Source: Antedon mediterranea
Taxonomy: Eukaryota > Animalia > Echinodermata
Direction: 5' to 3'
Length of the DNA stretch: 64,000 nucleotides
NCBI RefSeq assembly: GCF_964355755.1
Contig: NC_092675.1
Span: 23,036,912 to 23,100,911 of the forward strand
In this document: in pieces, positions 39,101 to 51,750 of the stretch
Numbering within the stretch: position 1 is the stretch's first letter
How the letters are laid out: each line of letters opens with the position of its first letter
Made by a program: the position numbers and the translations under genes
The notes under the pieces: model-generated
The model's database searches: none
What the model was told of the DNA's origin: nothing
What the model saw: only the letters and a program-made list of their open reading frames with translations

Positions 39101-42100
39101 AGATTCTGTGTCTGCTGTGTCAACAATTAATGTTTCTTCTTCTGTTGTTGTAGGAGTCTCTGTTTCATCTGTTTCCTCAGTTTCTTTCTCTTCGTCAATA
39201 GGTTCAATCACATCTACATCTTCCTTATCAGTCCCACCTGTTGTTACTTCTGTTTCATCACCAACCTCAGCTTCTGTTTCAGTAGTTTCTTCAGTTTCTT
39301 TTCCTGGTTCTTCAGTAGATTCTGTGTCTGCTGTGTCAACAATTAATGTTTCTTCTTCAGTAGTTGTAGGAATCTCTGTTTCATCTATTACCTCTGTTTC
39401 TTTCTCTTCGTCAATAGGCTCAATCACAACAACATCTCCCGTATCAGTCCCATCTGTTGTTACTTCTGTTTCATCACCAACGTCAGCTTCTGTTTCGGCG
39501 GTGTCTTCAGTTTCTTTTCCGGGTTCTTCAGTAGATTCTGTGTCTACTGTGTCAACAATTAATGTTTCTTCTTCAGTAGTTGTAGGAATCTCTGTTTCAT
39601 CTATTACCTCTGTTTCTTTTTCTTCGTCAGTAGGCTCAATCACAACAACATCTCCCGTATCAGTCCCATCTGTTGTTACTTCTGTTTCATCACCAACGTC
39701 AGCTTCTGTTTCGGCTGTGTCTTCAGTTTCTTTTCCGGGTTCTTCAGTAGATTCTGTGTCTGCTGTGTCAACAATTAATGTTTCTTCTTCAGTAGTTGTA
39801 GGACTCTCTGTTTCAACTCTTTCCTCTGTTTCTTTCTCTTTTTCAGTAGGCTCAATCACAACAACATCTCCCTTATCAGTCCCACCAGTTGTTACTTCTG
39901 TTTCATCATCAACCTCAGCTTCTGTTTCGGTAGTTTCTTCAGTTTCTTTTCCGGATTCTTCAGTAGATTCTGTGTCTGCTGTGTCAACAATTAATGTTTC
40001 TTCTTCAGTTGTTGTAGGACTCTCTGTTTCTTTCTCGTCGTCAGTAGGCTCAATCAGAACAATATCTCCCTTATCAGTCCCACCTGTTGTTACTTCTGTT
40101 TCATCATCAACCTCAGCTTCTGTTTCGGTTGTGTCTTCAGTTTCTTTTCCGGGTTCTTCAGTAGATTCTGTGTCAACAATTAATGTTTCTTCTTCAGTTG
40201 TTGTAGGACTCTCTGTTTCTTTCTCTTCGGCAGTGGGTTCAATCACAACAACATCTCCCTTATCTGTCCCACCTGTTTCTACTTCGGTTTCATCATCAAC
40301 CTCAACTACTGTTTCAGTTGTTTCTTCAGTTTCTTTTCCGGGTTCTTCAGTAAACTCTGTGTCTGCTGTGTCAACAATTAATGTTTTTTCTTCAGTAGTT
40401 GTAGGAATCTCTGTTTCATCTATTACCTCTGTTTCTTTCTCTTCGTCAGTAGGTTCAATCACAACAACATCTCCCTTATCTGTCCCACCTGTTGTTACTT
40501 CTATTTCATCACTAACGTCAGCTTCTGTTTCGGTTGTGTCTTCAGTTTCTTTTCCGGATTCTTTGGTAGATTCTGTGTCTGCTGTGTCAACAATTAATGT
40601 TTCTTCTTCAGTTGTTGTAGGAGTCTCTGTTTCATCTGTTTCCTCTGTTTCTTTCTCTTCCTCAGTAGGCTCAATCACAACATCTCCCGTATCAGTCCCA
40701 TCTGTTGTTACTTCAGTTTCATCACCAACGTCAGCTTCTGTTTCGGTTGTGTCTTCAGTTTTTTTTTCGGGTTCTTTGGTAGATTCTGTGTCTGCTGTGT
40801 CAACAATTAATGTTTCTTCTTCTGTTGTTGTAGGAGTCTCTGTTTCATCTGTTTCCTCAGTTTCTTTCTCTTCGTCAATAGGTTCAATCACATCTACATC
40901 TTCCTTATCAGTCCCACCTGTTGTTACTTCTGTTTCATCATCAACCTCAGCTTCTGTTTCGGTAGTTTCTTCAGTTTCTTTTCCTGGTTCTTCAGTAGAT
41001 TCTGTGTCTACTGTGTCAACAATTAATGTTTCTTCTTCAGTAGTTGTAGGAATCTCTGTTTCATCTATTACCTCTGTTTCTTTCTCTTCGTCAATAGGCT
41101 CAATCACAACAACATCTCCCGTATCAGTCCCATCTGTTGTTACTTCTGTTTCATCACCAACGTCAGCTTCTGTTTCGGCGGTGTCTTCAGTTTCTTTTCC
41201 GGGTTCTTCAGTAGATTCTGTGTCTACTGTGTCAACAATTAATGTTTCTTCTTCAGTAGTTGTAGGAATCTCTGTTTCATCTATTACCTCTGTTTCTTTT
41301 TCTTCGTCAGTAGGCTCAATCACAACAACATCTCCCGTATCAGTCCCATCTGTTGTTACTTCTGTTTCATCACCAACGTCAGCTTCTGTTTCGGCTGTGT
41401 CTTCAGTTTCTTTTCCGGGTTCTTCAGTAGATTCTGTGTCTGCTGTGTCAACAATTAATGTTTCTTCTTCAGTAGTTGTAGGACTCTCTGTTTCAACTCT
41501 TTCCTCTGTTTCTTTCTCTTTTTCAGTAGGCTCAATCACAACAACATCTCCCTTATCAGTCCCACCAGTTGTTACTTCTGTTTCATCATCAACCTTAGCT
41601 TCTGTTTCGGTAGTTTCTTCAGTTTCTTTTCCGGGTTCTTCAGTAGATTCTGTGTCTGCTGTGTCAACAATTAATGTTTCTTCTTCAGTTGTTGTAGGAC
41701 TCTCTGTTTCTTTCTCGTCGTCAGTAGGCTCAATCAGAACAATATCTCCCTTATCAGTCCCACCTGTTGTTACTTCTGTTTCATCATCAACCTCAGCTTC
41801 TGTTTCGGTTGTGTCTTCAGTTTCTTTTCCGGGTTCTTCAGTAGATTCTGTGTCAACAATTAATGTTTCTTCTTCAGTTGTTGTAGGACTCTCTGTTTCT
41901 TTCTCTTCGGCAGTGGGCTCAATCACAACAACATCTCCCTTATCTGTCCCACCTGTTTCTACTTCGGTTTCATCATCAACCTCAACTACTGTTTCAGTTG
42001 TTTCTTCAGTTTCTTTTCCGGGTTCTTCAGTAAACTCTGTGTCTGCTGTGTCAACAATTAATGTTTTTTCTTTAGTAGTTGTAGGACTCTCTTTTTCATC

Positions 42101-45100
42101 TGTTTCCTCTGTTTCATCTGTTTTCTCCGTTTTTTTCTCTTCGTCAGTAGGTTCAATCACAACAACGTCTCCCTTATCAGTCCCACCTGTTGTTACTTCT
42201 GTTTCATCATCAACCTCAGCTTCTTTCTCAGTAGTTTCTTCAGTTTCTTTTCCGGGTTCTTCAGTAGATTCTGTGTCTACTGTGTCAACAATTAATGTTT
42301 CTTCTTCAGTAGTTGTAGGAATCTCTGTTTCATCTATTACCTCTGTTTCTTTCTCTTCGTCAGTAGGCTCAATCACAACAACATCTCCCGTATCAGTCCC
42401 ATCTGTTGTTACTTCTGTTTCATCACCAACGTCAGCGTCTGTTTCGGCGGTGTCTTCAGTTTCTTTTCCGGGTTCTTCAGTAGATTCTGTGTCTACTGTG
42501 TCAACAATTAATGTTTCTTCTTCAGTAGTTGTAGGAATCTCTGTTTCATCTATTACCTCTGTTTCTTTTTCTTCGTCAGTAGGCTCAATCACAACAACAT
42601 CTCCCGTATCAGTCCCATCTGTTGTTACTTCTGTTTCATCACCAACGTCAGCTTCTGTTTCGGCTGTGTCTTCAGTTTCTTTTCCGGGTTCTTCAGTAGA
42701 TTCTGTGTCTGCTGTGTCAACAATTAATGTTTCTTCTTCAGTAGTTGTAGGACTCTCTGTTTCAACTCTTTCCTCTGTTTCTTTCTCTTTTTCAGTAGGC
42801 TCAATCACAACAACATCTCCCTTATCAGTCCCACCAGTTGTTACTTCTGTTTCATCATCAACCTCAGCTTCTGTTTCGGTAGTTTCTTCAGTTTCTTTTC
42901 CGGGTTCTTCAGTAGATTCTGTGTCTGCTGTGTCAACAATTAATGTTTCTTCTTCAGTTGTTGTAGGACTCTCTGTTTCTTTCTCGTCGTCAGTAGGCTC
43001 AATCAGAACAATATCTCCCTTATCAGTCCCACCTGTTGTTACTTCTGTTTCATCATCAACCTCAGCTTCTGTTTCGGTTGTGTCTTCAGTTTCTTTTCCG
43101 GGTTCTTCAGTAGATTCTGTGTCAACAATTAATGTTTCTTCTTCAGTTGTTGTAGGACTCTCTGTTTCTTTCTCTTCGGCAGTGGGCTCAATCACAACAA
43201 CATCTCCCTTATCTGTCCCACCTGTTTCTACTTCGGTTTCATCATCAACCTCAACTACTGTTTCAGTTGTTTCTTCAGTTTCTTTTCCGGGTTCTTCAGT
43301 AAACTCTGTGTCTGCTGTGTCAACAATTAATGTTTTTTCTTCAGTAGTTGTAGGAATCTCTGTTTCATCTGTTTTCTCCGTTTCTTTCTCTTCGTCAGTA
43401 GGTTCAATCACAACAACATCTCCCTTATCAGTCCCACCTGTTGTTACTTCTGTTTCATCATCAACCTCAGCTTCTGTCTCAGTAGTTTCTTCAGTTTCTT
43501 TTCCGGGTTCTTCAGTAGATCCTGTGTCTGCTGTGTCAACCGTTAATGTTTCTTCTTCAGTAGTTGTAGGACTCTCTGTTTCATCTGTTTTCTCTCTTTC
43601 TTTCTCTTCGTCAGTAGGCTCAATCACATCTACATCTCCCGTATCAGTCCCATCTGTTGTTACTTCTGTTTCATCATCAACCTCAACTACTGTTTCAGTA
43701 GTTTCTTCACTTTCTTTTCCGGGTTCTTCAGTAGATTCTGTGTCTACTGAGTCAACAATTAATGTTTCTTCTTCAGTAGTTGTAGGAGTCTCTGTTATAT
43801 CTGTTTCCTCTGTTTCTTTCTCTTCATCAGTAGGTTCAACAACATCTCCAGTATCTGTCCCATCTGTTGTTAATTCTGGTTCTTCACCAACGTCAGCTTC
43901 TGTTTTGGTTGTGTCTTCAGTTTCTTTTCCGGGCTCTTCAGTAGATTCTTCGTCAGTGGGCTCAATCACAACAACATCTCTCTCATCAGTCCCACCTGTT
44001 GTAACTTCTGTTTCATCATCAACCTCAAGTACTGTTTCAGTAGTTTCTTCAGTTTCTTTTCCGGGTTCTTCAGTAGATTCTGTGTCTGCTGTTTCAACAA
44101 TTAATGTTTCTTCTTCAGTAGTTGTAGGACTCTCTGTTTCATCTGTTTCCTCTGTTTCTTTATCTTCGTCTGTAGGCTCAATCACAGCCACATCTCCCTC
44201 ATCAGTCCCACCTGTTGTTACTTCTGTTTCATCATCAACCTCAACTACTGTTTCAGTTGTTTCTTCAGTTTCTTTTCCGGGTTCTTCAGTAGATTCTGTG
44301 TCTGCTGTGTCAACAATTATTGTTTCTTCTTCAGTAGTTGTAGGAATCTCTGTTTCATCTATTACCTCTGTTTCTTTCTCTTCGTCAGTAGGATCAATCG
44401 CAACAACATCTCCCTTATCTGACCCACCTGTTGTTATTTCTGGTTCTTCACCAACCTCAGCTTCTGTTTTGGTTATTTCTTTTCCCGGATCTTCAGTAGT
44501 TTCCGTGTTTACTGTGTCATCCTTAGCTTCTGTTGGTTCAACCTCGATAACATTTTTATTTTCAGTAACATCCTCAGGGACAGCTTCAGTTGTAACCGTA
44601 CATTCTTCAGGTAATGGTAGCGTAGGATCTGGTATTTAATAGAGTTGCATATTGTTTATACATTGTTATATCGTGTATTTTATGGAATTTAATTTTAACA
44701 ACGTATTATTAACTTGAAATTTGAATGAATGATATTATTCTAACGGCTTTGATAAAGTCCCTTTTTAAAATGTTAATGATATAGAAAGGATTAAGACCTT
44801 GTTTGAAAGACAGAGAAAATATTTCTTTTTTTATAGGCTACAACACCCCTGATTGAATCATTGAATTAGATAATCTTGTAATTTTATTCCAGCTGGGCCA
44901 TTTTTAAATGTTTTATCGAATAATGACTGATCTCCTGAAAATACTAATTTATTTTTTTAAACTGTTTTTGTCACATAAAATATATTCACTTTTGTCAAAA
45001 AGTAGATCGAGAAACAGTTTTAAATTTTACAGTATTTAGAATATACTAACCAAATTCGCACAGTATCTTTATGTGTCTTTCACATGGTATTGCAAACCAC

Positions 45101-48100
45101 TGTCCTAAACGAACTTTCATTGCGGCACATAGGTTTCCTCTTTGTGGTTCTCCATCCTTCCACGCTGAAAATAATTTAAAATTATATAACTAATTAACTA
45201 AATATATTGAGTGAATGTAGTTTAATGTATATCTATGTATATATGATAAAGTATATGAATAGTAGTTGTGGAATGTGTTATTGTCTAAACATAAGAAATA
45301 TGTCACATCACCCACAATCTAAGGAACAACTCAATATCTCATGATTATGTAAAGGAACATGCTTTGTTTAGTGCAATACCTTCAAACCGTGATGTCTCAT
45401 CAGTTGGAATCCAACGATATCCATCAACCTGTGAAATGTAACGGTAGCCTATCCAGATAAGCTTGGTTTTGTAACCATCGTCAATAAGTCTTTCTTGCAG
45501 AAAGTCGTTTTCTTCTTGAGACGATATGACAACAGGTCTGGCATTGCACATTTCCTCGTTACATCGTGCGGCAATGCCCTCAAACGGATTTGCGTTTGCC
45601 ACAAAGTAACAATTCTTTCCATAACTGTAGGTTTGAGCCGGACATTCTGTGAAATAAATAATATGCGATAAATAATGTTTCAATATCTAATGTTCCCATG
45701 TTGTTGTCTAATATTTAAATGTGTATTTTTTATTTCGACAGGGTTAGCAAATATACATTGCTCCGATATCCTGTCATTATATGTATGCGAAACATCTTAT
45801 TATATAGCTATACTTTAAGAAAATGCACATCCAATACCGTAAATCCCGTTTAATATATTAGGGAGCTTTTGCATCGGGACGGTAAATGAAGGGGATGGTA
45901 ATTAACAGAGCGTAACGATTTTTTTCGACACAAGCGCTGACGTCATCCTTCTTGGTGAGTTTATGCGTCTTTGGTTAGAAAAGTTTATTTAGTCATTTTT
46001 GTCATTACCAAAATTGCAGCTTGACAAGGGAATAAGATATCTGAATCCTTTGATTTTCCGACGACAACATTACAATGATTAATTAAAAATGTCTTACCTA
46101 TCATAGGTTCTGCCGTCCTTTTCGCTATTCTATGGTTAACCTATGTAATATAAATATATACAATGATAGATATTTTCAATTTAAATCAACTTGAAACAGT
46201 GTTTCAATATCGAATATCCGTCGATATTCGTACGATAACAAGCTCAATTTATAGAACCTAACTCTTAAAGAAAGTTAACCTACTCTAACCTAAATACTTA
46301 ATAATATTAATTGAGTAAAATGGCCGAGTGGTTAAGACAGAAACGCCGTTTACCATACATCAGTTCGAGGCCGACTACCTCCTAGTTCTGGTGGTGGAAC
46401 AAGTCTTCTCAGATATGGAATATAAGCCGTAGGTCCAATGTACACAATTTGCCCTTTGCCTTTAACGAAAATCATTCGTTCCCGGTGAACTGGTTTACAA
46501 AATATCCTCTTGGTCAGTGAGATTGTCACCAATCGGATAGGACAGTGATTGATTTACTAACACTAATTAATCAGTGGAGCTGCTGATTGGCAGAAAATCG
46601 TCGACATAAACTTTCTGAAAATGAGATTATTGTATTTGTCGTGTGATTATACTGCATAATTTTCGTCGTCGCTAAACAAGATACCGATCTGGTGAAACAG
46701 TCTGGTATGTTCTTTTTAAAATTATAACTAGTATTTATTATGAAACATGAACAAACCAGGCTTAGTTTCTCTGAAAAATTGCTAAGAAAACATGTCATGG
46801 ACAACAGTATAATAAAATTGGTAAAATAGTCAAAGTAAAGCAAGAAAAAAAAAATTATAGTCATGCAGACAGTTTCATGTTATAAGAAGGTTTTAAGGAC
46901 GTACATGTGTATTGCAAAGTGGTAGATCGGTTTGCCGTTTTGTATTTTTACACTATTACACATTGCTGTATTTATAATACTCATGTGCTACTCACAATTT
47001 GATATTGTAAAATTAACATATTAATTAACGGAAACATTTTAGGCATGAGGAAATAAAGCTATTAACCTCGTTCTAAAATGCAATGGTGTTCTTTATATTA
47101 TGATTATGAACTCGCTCTAAATTGATTAGGATACCGTGGCATGCTATGGACTGCTGTATTGAATTGAAATGATGGACCTGTTTCAATCGTAATCAATCAT
47201 TTCCACATGCAAAAATTGACCGTTTGAACATTAATTTAAAACCGTATTATCATACTGGTTCACTACCAAATTGATGCATGCATTTTCGGTATGTTGAAGT
47301 TATTATAATCTATACAGTAATTTGTATTTAGCTTGTACAGTTTTATAAAGCCAGCCTAATGTTTATGGACGTTTTCAGAAAACACAAGTAATAAAAAAAA
47401 AAAACAATAGGCCTACAGGCGTATAGACAGTAATATTAATAATATTAAAAATAATGGAATCAGTCTTTAATATTATAAAACAACCCAATAAATAAAGTCA
47501 TGTTAGAACATATAAACATATAAGCGCGTAACAATTTCGAAAGGCATTGTGGGATAGAATAGAGCTATGGGTGGTGCCATTGTGAGCCATGGAGTAGGGC
47601 GCCCGCATCAAATTAGAAAGTCAAAATCATAGAGGGGATCTGCTAATGCTCTAGGGGGGATAGAGTAATTGACTGAGGAGTAGGGCGCCCGCATCAAATT
47701 AGAAAGTCAAAATAATTGAGGGGATCTGCTAATACTCTAGGGGGTAGAGTAATTGACTACCTAGTTTGGAGGGGGAGCTGCTCCATGCTGTGAAATGGCG
47801 TCGCCCAGTTTGACCTTTTAACCCTGTACTTCCGATACTGTGTTTTGAATGCAAATTGAAGAACAGGAGATTCTTGTGTTATAAGTTCTTTGATATAAGT
47901 AATAATCAAATGAACCGCTAAACATTCTGAATTGTGTATTAATGTACGTTACGTGAGCCGCTGTTTTAATACATCTGTGTTATGTCACTATAAACTTCCT
48001 TCCAGCTTAACAGCTGAACTGATTCAGTGGTTATATCAATGAACTTTCGAATTGAGATAATTATCGTAAAAGTTCGTCATGCAATGCAAGATATTAAATA

Positions 48101-51100
48101 GTCTATTAAAAAGGATAAATGTAACAAGTTGTTTCATTATAATTTAACTATTATATTTAGTCATGACAAACTGGTGTACCATTATATCGATAATTATGAC
48201 GATCCACTTGGAAATGTAATTATCAAATGTGTATTCGCTCAAAGGGGAAGAAAAATCGTGAAGTGCCTATATTGTGTGACGGTGATATGAAATTTATAAA
48301 CTAAAGCTCTGTCTACACTATCAAACTTTAAGACAAATAATGTGATGTGCCTATGGACATGATGATGTCATATCACTACCGTATTTAGGCATATCACACT
48401 TTTTTGTCAAACTAGAAATTGATAATGATGCCATATTATAATTATCATGATTTAGGCCTAAAATAAATTTATATAAATTAATCTATTAAAATGTTTTACG
48501 ATGAACCAATATAATTTTATTTTGTTTGTTTGATAGATGCTGTTTTTTTTAAATTGGAGATGAACATCTTTAAATACGGTAGCCAATTTTCTGGTTCAAT
48601 TTAAAAAAATGGCTGTATATGTATTGTGTATTAGACACCTAAAGAACAATCCATTTTGAAATGAAATTTAATTATCAAATGTGTACTCGCTCAAAGGAGG
48701 AAGAAAAACAAAGTACCTATCTCATTTGATGATATGAAACGTATTTGTGAAACTTAGATGTCAGAAATTGATTGTGATGCCATCCATTTTTATGTCATTA
48801 CAATTTAGGCCTAATCACAAAAAGTAAGACCAGAAACAAGATGACTTTACAAAACAATTTTTACTCGATCGTTAACTACATTAAGAGTATCTGAGGACAG
48901 GATGACTTTTAAATTTGTCTTAAATGTACCGTGTCTGAACATTAGCCTGGTCAAGCGACCGACTATAACCGAATTACGGAAGAACTGTCACAGTAAGTTT
49001 TAAAATATTTTTACAAATTAGTTTGTGAACGGCCATTGCACTATTTTTATATCCGTCGACAAATACAATATGATAGAAAGAGAAGCGTGTAAAGGTTGCG
49101 CCATCTACAGTACGGTCGACTTCGCTTTATGAATTTTAACCAGATTTCAAAGCAATCGACTGCGGTGCGGTGCTCCGTTTGGAGAGATATTTTAAAAGGA
49201 CAAATACCCACTCAATTAACGTGAGCTGAAAGAACACAGGGGTTCGTTTTTCTAGTGGCTGATCTGGATAGGCGCGAATGCTGACGGCTGTGAGTCCGCA
49301 GATTAAATTGCCTCAGTTACAAGTTATGCTGGGGGACGATAATAAAACATACCTATACTCGATAACCAAACGGGAAGGGTAAGCCCAAAATGGTGTTTCA
49401 GATTCTAAAGCTGTTGTTTATATTGGATAAATAATCTTGTTATAGGCGATTTATTTTCATCGCTATAAAACATTGATTTATTTTGTTTTGTACCGCTATA
49501 GTGCCGCTATAGCTAAATAATTTCTAGTAGGCAGTGTTGAGTATGGTTGATAGAGCTAACCTAACACTTTTTAAAAAATAGAAGCGTACTTAGCTGTGGC
49601 TCCATGAAAAATAATTTATTGCGACTATTTTCCAACGCGACATATTTTATCCCGTCACCAATCTTTATATTAGGTCGGTGGTATACCAGTATAAATTGAA
49701 AGTATTTAAACTGAGTGACGTAATAATTAATTTGTAAATATGCCTTTCTAATTTGTATCATCATCATCATTGGCAAGATCCAGGGGCGGATGAATTGAGT
49801 TCATTGGTGGTATGTGATAATAATAATATAATATCCTGGATTTATATAGCGCCTAATGTTGTGAAACCTCTAAGCGCTGAATAATATTACCCCAGTCAAT
49901 TTTTTGATCAAACATACTCCCATAATGCAGCTAGTATTCAGCGCAAAGTGGGATTCGAACCTCGATCTCTCGATCAGTAATCCAACGTCCGGACACACTT
50001 TGCGCCACACGCCCTAACTGGCGACGGCAAGAAAGCCTCCTTCCCACAAGTTAACATCTGCCCTAAAAATATGTAAATAGTAATATACCTCGAGGCTACA
50101 TTATAGTACTGTGACTACACTACTTTCACAATACAAAAATTTGAATTAATGTAGGCCTCATAATTAGAAATATTTAAAGTAAATTAATAAAAGAACAAAA
50201 AAAAATCCATTTCATTCAATTATTAAACAGAAAGATCTGATTTATAAGGAAATTTGATGTAAGCTTTAGTACAGTAACAGTCAACATAAGAGAACATAAA
50301 ACATTTTGTTCAATAACATATACTGCAAGTCGTTGCTAATTGCAATCCCTTTTGGGTTAAAACAAGTGCATTCTTTAAAAGATATCGCAGACATCATTTA
50401 TGTAAACGAAAGTAGACCTGTCAATATCAGTATGAATGATGTAACTGTAACACGTTTTCAAGTTCCTAATTTTGGTTTTTCTCCATTTTTTTTATGATAT
50501 TATATAATTATTTATCAGCCTACAAAATACAAGGCTAGCTAATTTTAAAAATGGACAATAAATCTTTATACAAAGTATAGGCTATACATCTAATTTAGAA
50601 GTATTACCAGAGTTAACACAGTTCTATAAAGATGTATTGTCTTATATAAAATGAAAAATAAAGATTAATAAAATCAGACTTTGAAGATGTTTGTAGTTAC
50701 TTCCGATGGGGAAAATGACAAAATAAATGGTTAAGTTCAACTAAAAAACCTATTGGCTGGCAGCCAATTTGACAATGTTTTGCTTTAAATTACAGTTTTT
50801 TAGGTAAATACATTTTCTTTTTCAAAGTGGATAACTATTATATGTCTATTACTACTATTATATTAAACTAACAACTTTTTTTTAAGGGGGACAATACATC
50901 TTTAAAATATGAACTAAATGTGTTGACAATTAACCAATACAATTGTATTTTTTGTTTTATAAATGCATTTTTTTTTTCAAAATTAGCAATGAACATCTTC
51001 TAATAGCCAAATTTCCGGTTCAGTTAAAAAACTGTAAAAATGTATCTTTATTAAAATCTTAATACATACTTGAATTATTATCAAATCAATACACATAATA

Positions 51101-51321
51101 CGTATTTTATTAATCTCACAGCTACGATTAAACTAGAAATTAGCATTGTTAATGTAAGATATATATATATATATTTTATAAATGTCCAATCTAATTTTTT
51201 TTAATGGCCATATTTAATAAATCACGGTTCTGAAAAAAAAGTATTACTATAAACTTACCAGCTTGACTGCCTGTACAGTTGTCAACATGCACAACACAAT
51301 AATGGTATGTAGGTCTCTCAT
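30176..51321 (-). CDS. Giant secreted C-type-lectin / acidic-repeat / C-terminal cystine-knot protein (~4,480 aa); exons 51321-51259, 46140-46098, 45646-45380, 45164-45051, 44628-36103, 35941-35681, 34878-31495, 31353-31096, 30872-30708, 30549-30176
   Basis: Signal peptide MRDLHTIIVLCMLTTVQA. Three split CTL domains (CPxxxxxYxxxCY..., WIGY/WIGL, W.DGEP...C...G.W...C......C). Two E/T/D-rich repeat exons. The last exon has CTGCCPS...C.P...C...CSC (CTCK pattern). All ten exons join with GT-AG sites and matching phases into 13,455 nt with no internal stop found. Confidence 0.8.
32230..34600 (-). repeat. Coding 204-bp (68-aa) tandem repeat, acidic block 2
   Basis: VVTEPTDDEKDTEEAVQTESPEAIEKETVTDE... 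units. The shadow + strand ORFs recur every 204 bp (33135, 33339, 33543, 33747, ...). Confidence 0.95.
36700..44480 (-). repeat. Coding ~65-75-aa tandem repeat, acidic block 1, with higher-order duplications (1680 bp and ~1269 bp)
   Basis: VVIEPTDEEKETE...PTTTEEETLIVDTADTESTEEPGKETEETTETEAEVDDETEVTTGGTDKGD units. The 60-nt line at 39001 is identical to that at 40681, and sequence at 41392 recurs at 42661. Confidence 0.95.
46313..46445 (+). mobile_element. tRNA-derived SINE with Nin/Deu-like core; paralogous copy at 62467-62570
   Basis: A box tggccgagtggttaag and B-box-like gttcgaggcc, then gtcttctcagata...tataagccgtaggtcc, which resembles the GGATxAGAC.TAAACCG.AGGTCC Nin/Deu core. It sits at the same position upstream of exon 2 in both lectin paralogs. 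Confidence 0.6.
47525..47892 (-). mobile_element. Second copy of the 32-bp-TIR MITE, one TIR deleted
   Basis: Near-identical reverse complement of 26243-26610. ATATAAG flanks both sides (47518-47524, 47893-47899). Confidence 0.85.
48302..48415. mobile_element. Truncated hairpin MITE
   Basis: taaagctctgtctacactatcaaac terminus and an internal inverted repeat gacaaataatgtgatgtgcct / aggcatatcacactttttgtc. It is absent from the degenerate duplicate at ~48655-48815. Confidence 0.55.
49817..50015 (-). mobile_element. Internally deleted tRNA-derived SINE
   Basis: Minus-strand head gggcgtgtggcgcaaag...gaggttcgaatcccac (A and B boxes) and tail cagcgcttagagg...ggcgctatataaatccaggatattatattattattat, shared with 10030-10082. 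Confidence 0.6.
50630..50901. mobile_element. MITE with agatgtattgtc TIRs in an (A/T)TAA context (Kolobok-like, tentative); degenerate relatives at ~20230-20490 and ~21830-21910
   Basis: taaagatgtattgtc ... gacaatacatcttta. The internal ttgctttaaattaca..tttt.aggtaaa motif is shared with 21868-21900. Confidence 0.55.
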
Positions 51322-51412
51322 TCTGAAAGATGCGTAACCTGGTCGAGTACGACCGTCCCAACCAAACCGATGATTGTGGGTTAAACAGAACACCAATGTA
51401 TAAGTAACTAGT

Positions 51413-51419
51413 TTTTATA
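51413..51419 (-). promoter_or_regulatory. Candidate TATA box of the giant lectin gene
   Basis: TATAAAA on the minus strand about 90 nt upstream of the signal-peptide ATG at 51321. The AT-rich context lowers specificity. Confidence 0.4.
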
Positions 51420-51681
51420 ATTTTGAATTTCCTTTCTAAATTTTAAATTACTTCACAGGGGGCGCACTTCGTGTAATAGTAAAAAATAATTGTTCTCGGA
51501 TACAGTCACAAAAATTAATCAAAAGAGAAATGGAAATCAACAATGACACACTAATAATAATTATAGCTAGGCTAGCAAATGACTAATTCCTACCTACTAA
51601 AGCTGGCCTATATTACATTATACGAATGTGGCAAACAATAATAGGTTACTTTGGAAAATGTCAATTCAGCTCTTATGCAAA

Positions 51682-51750
51682 CATGGCTGCAGTCGCGTGC
51701 GCAAATTTGAGTTAGTGTTTACCGACCGACCGACATAGTGAACTATAGAT
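51682..51750 (-). mobile_element. Partial HINE/DINE-1-like copy
   Basis: catggctgcagtcgcgtg...ttagtgtttaccgaccgaccgacatagtgaactata, the reverse of the family's core. Confidence 0.65.

Noticed and set aside
36675-44639. 2654-aa Ser/Val-rich ORF on the + strand (also 31611-34699 and 58857-60269)
   Set aside because: These are antisense shadows of the Glu/Thr/Asp repeat exons. Complementary codons of GAA/ACA/GAT lack stops, and the splice sites and domains support only the minus strand.
49100-49536. GC-richer stretch ending in CAGTG (possible CACTA/EnSpm terminus)
   Set aside because: No matching opposite terminus or second copy was found in the window.
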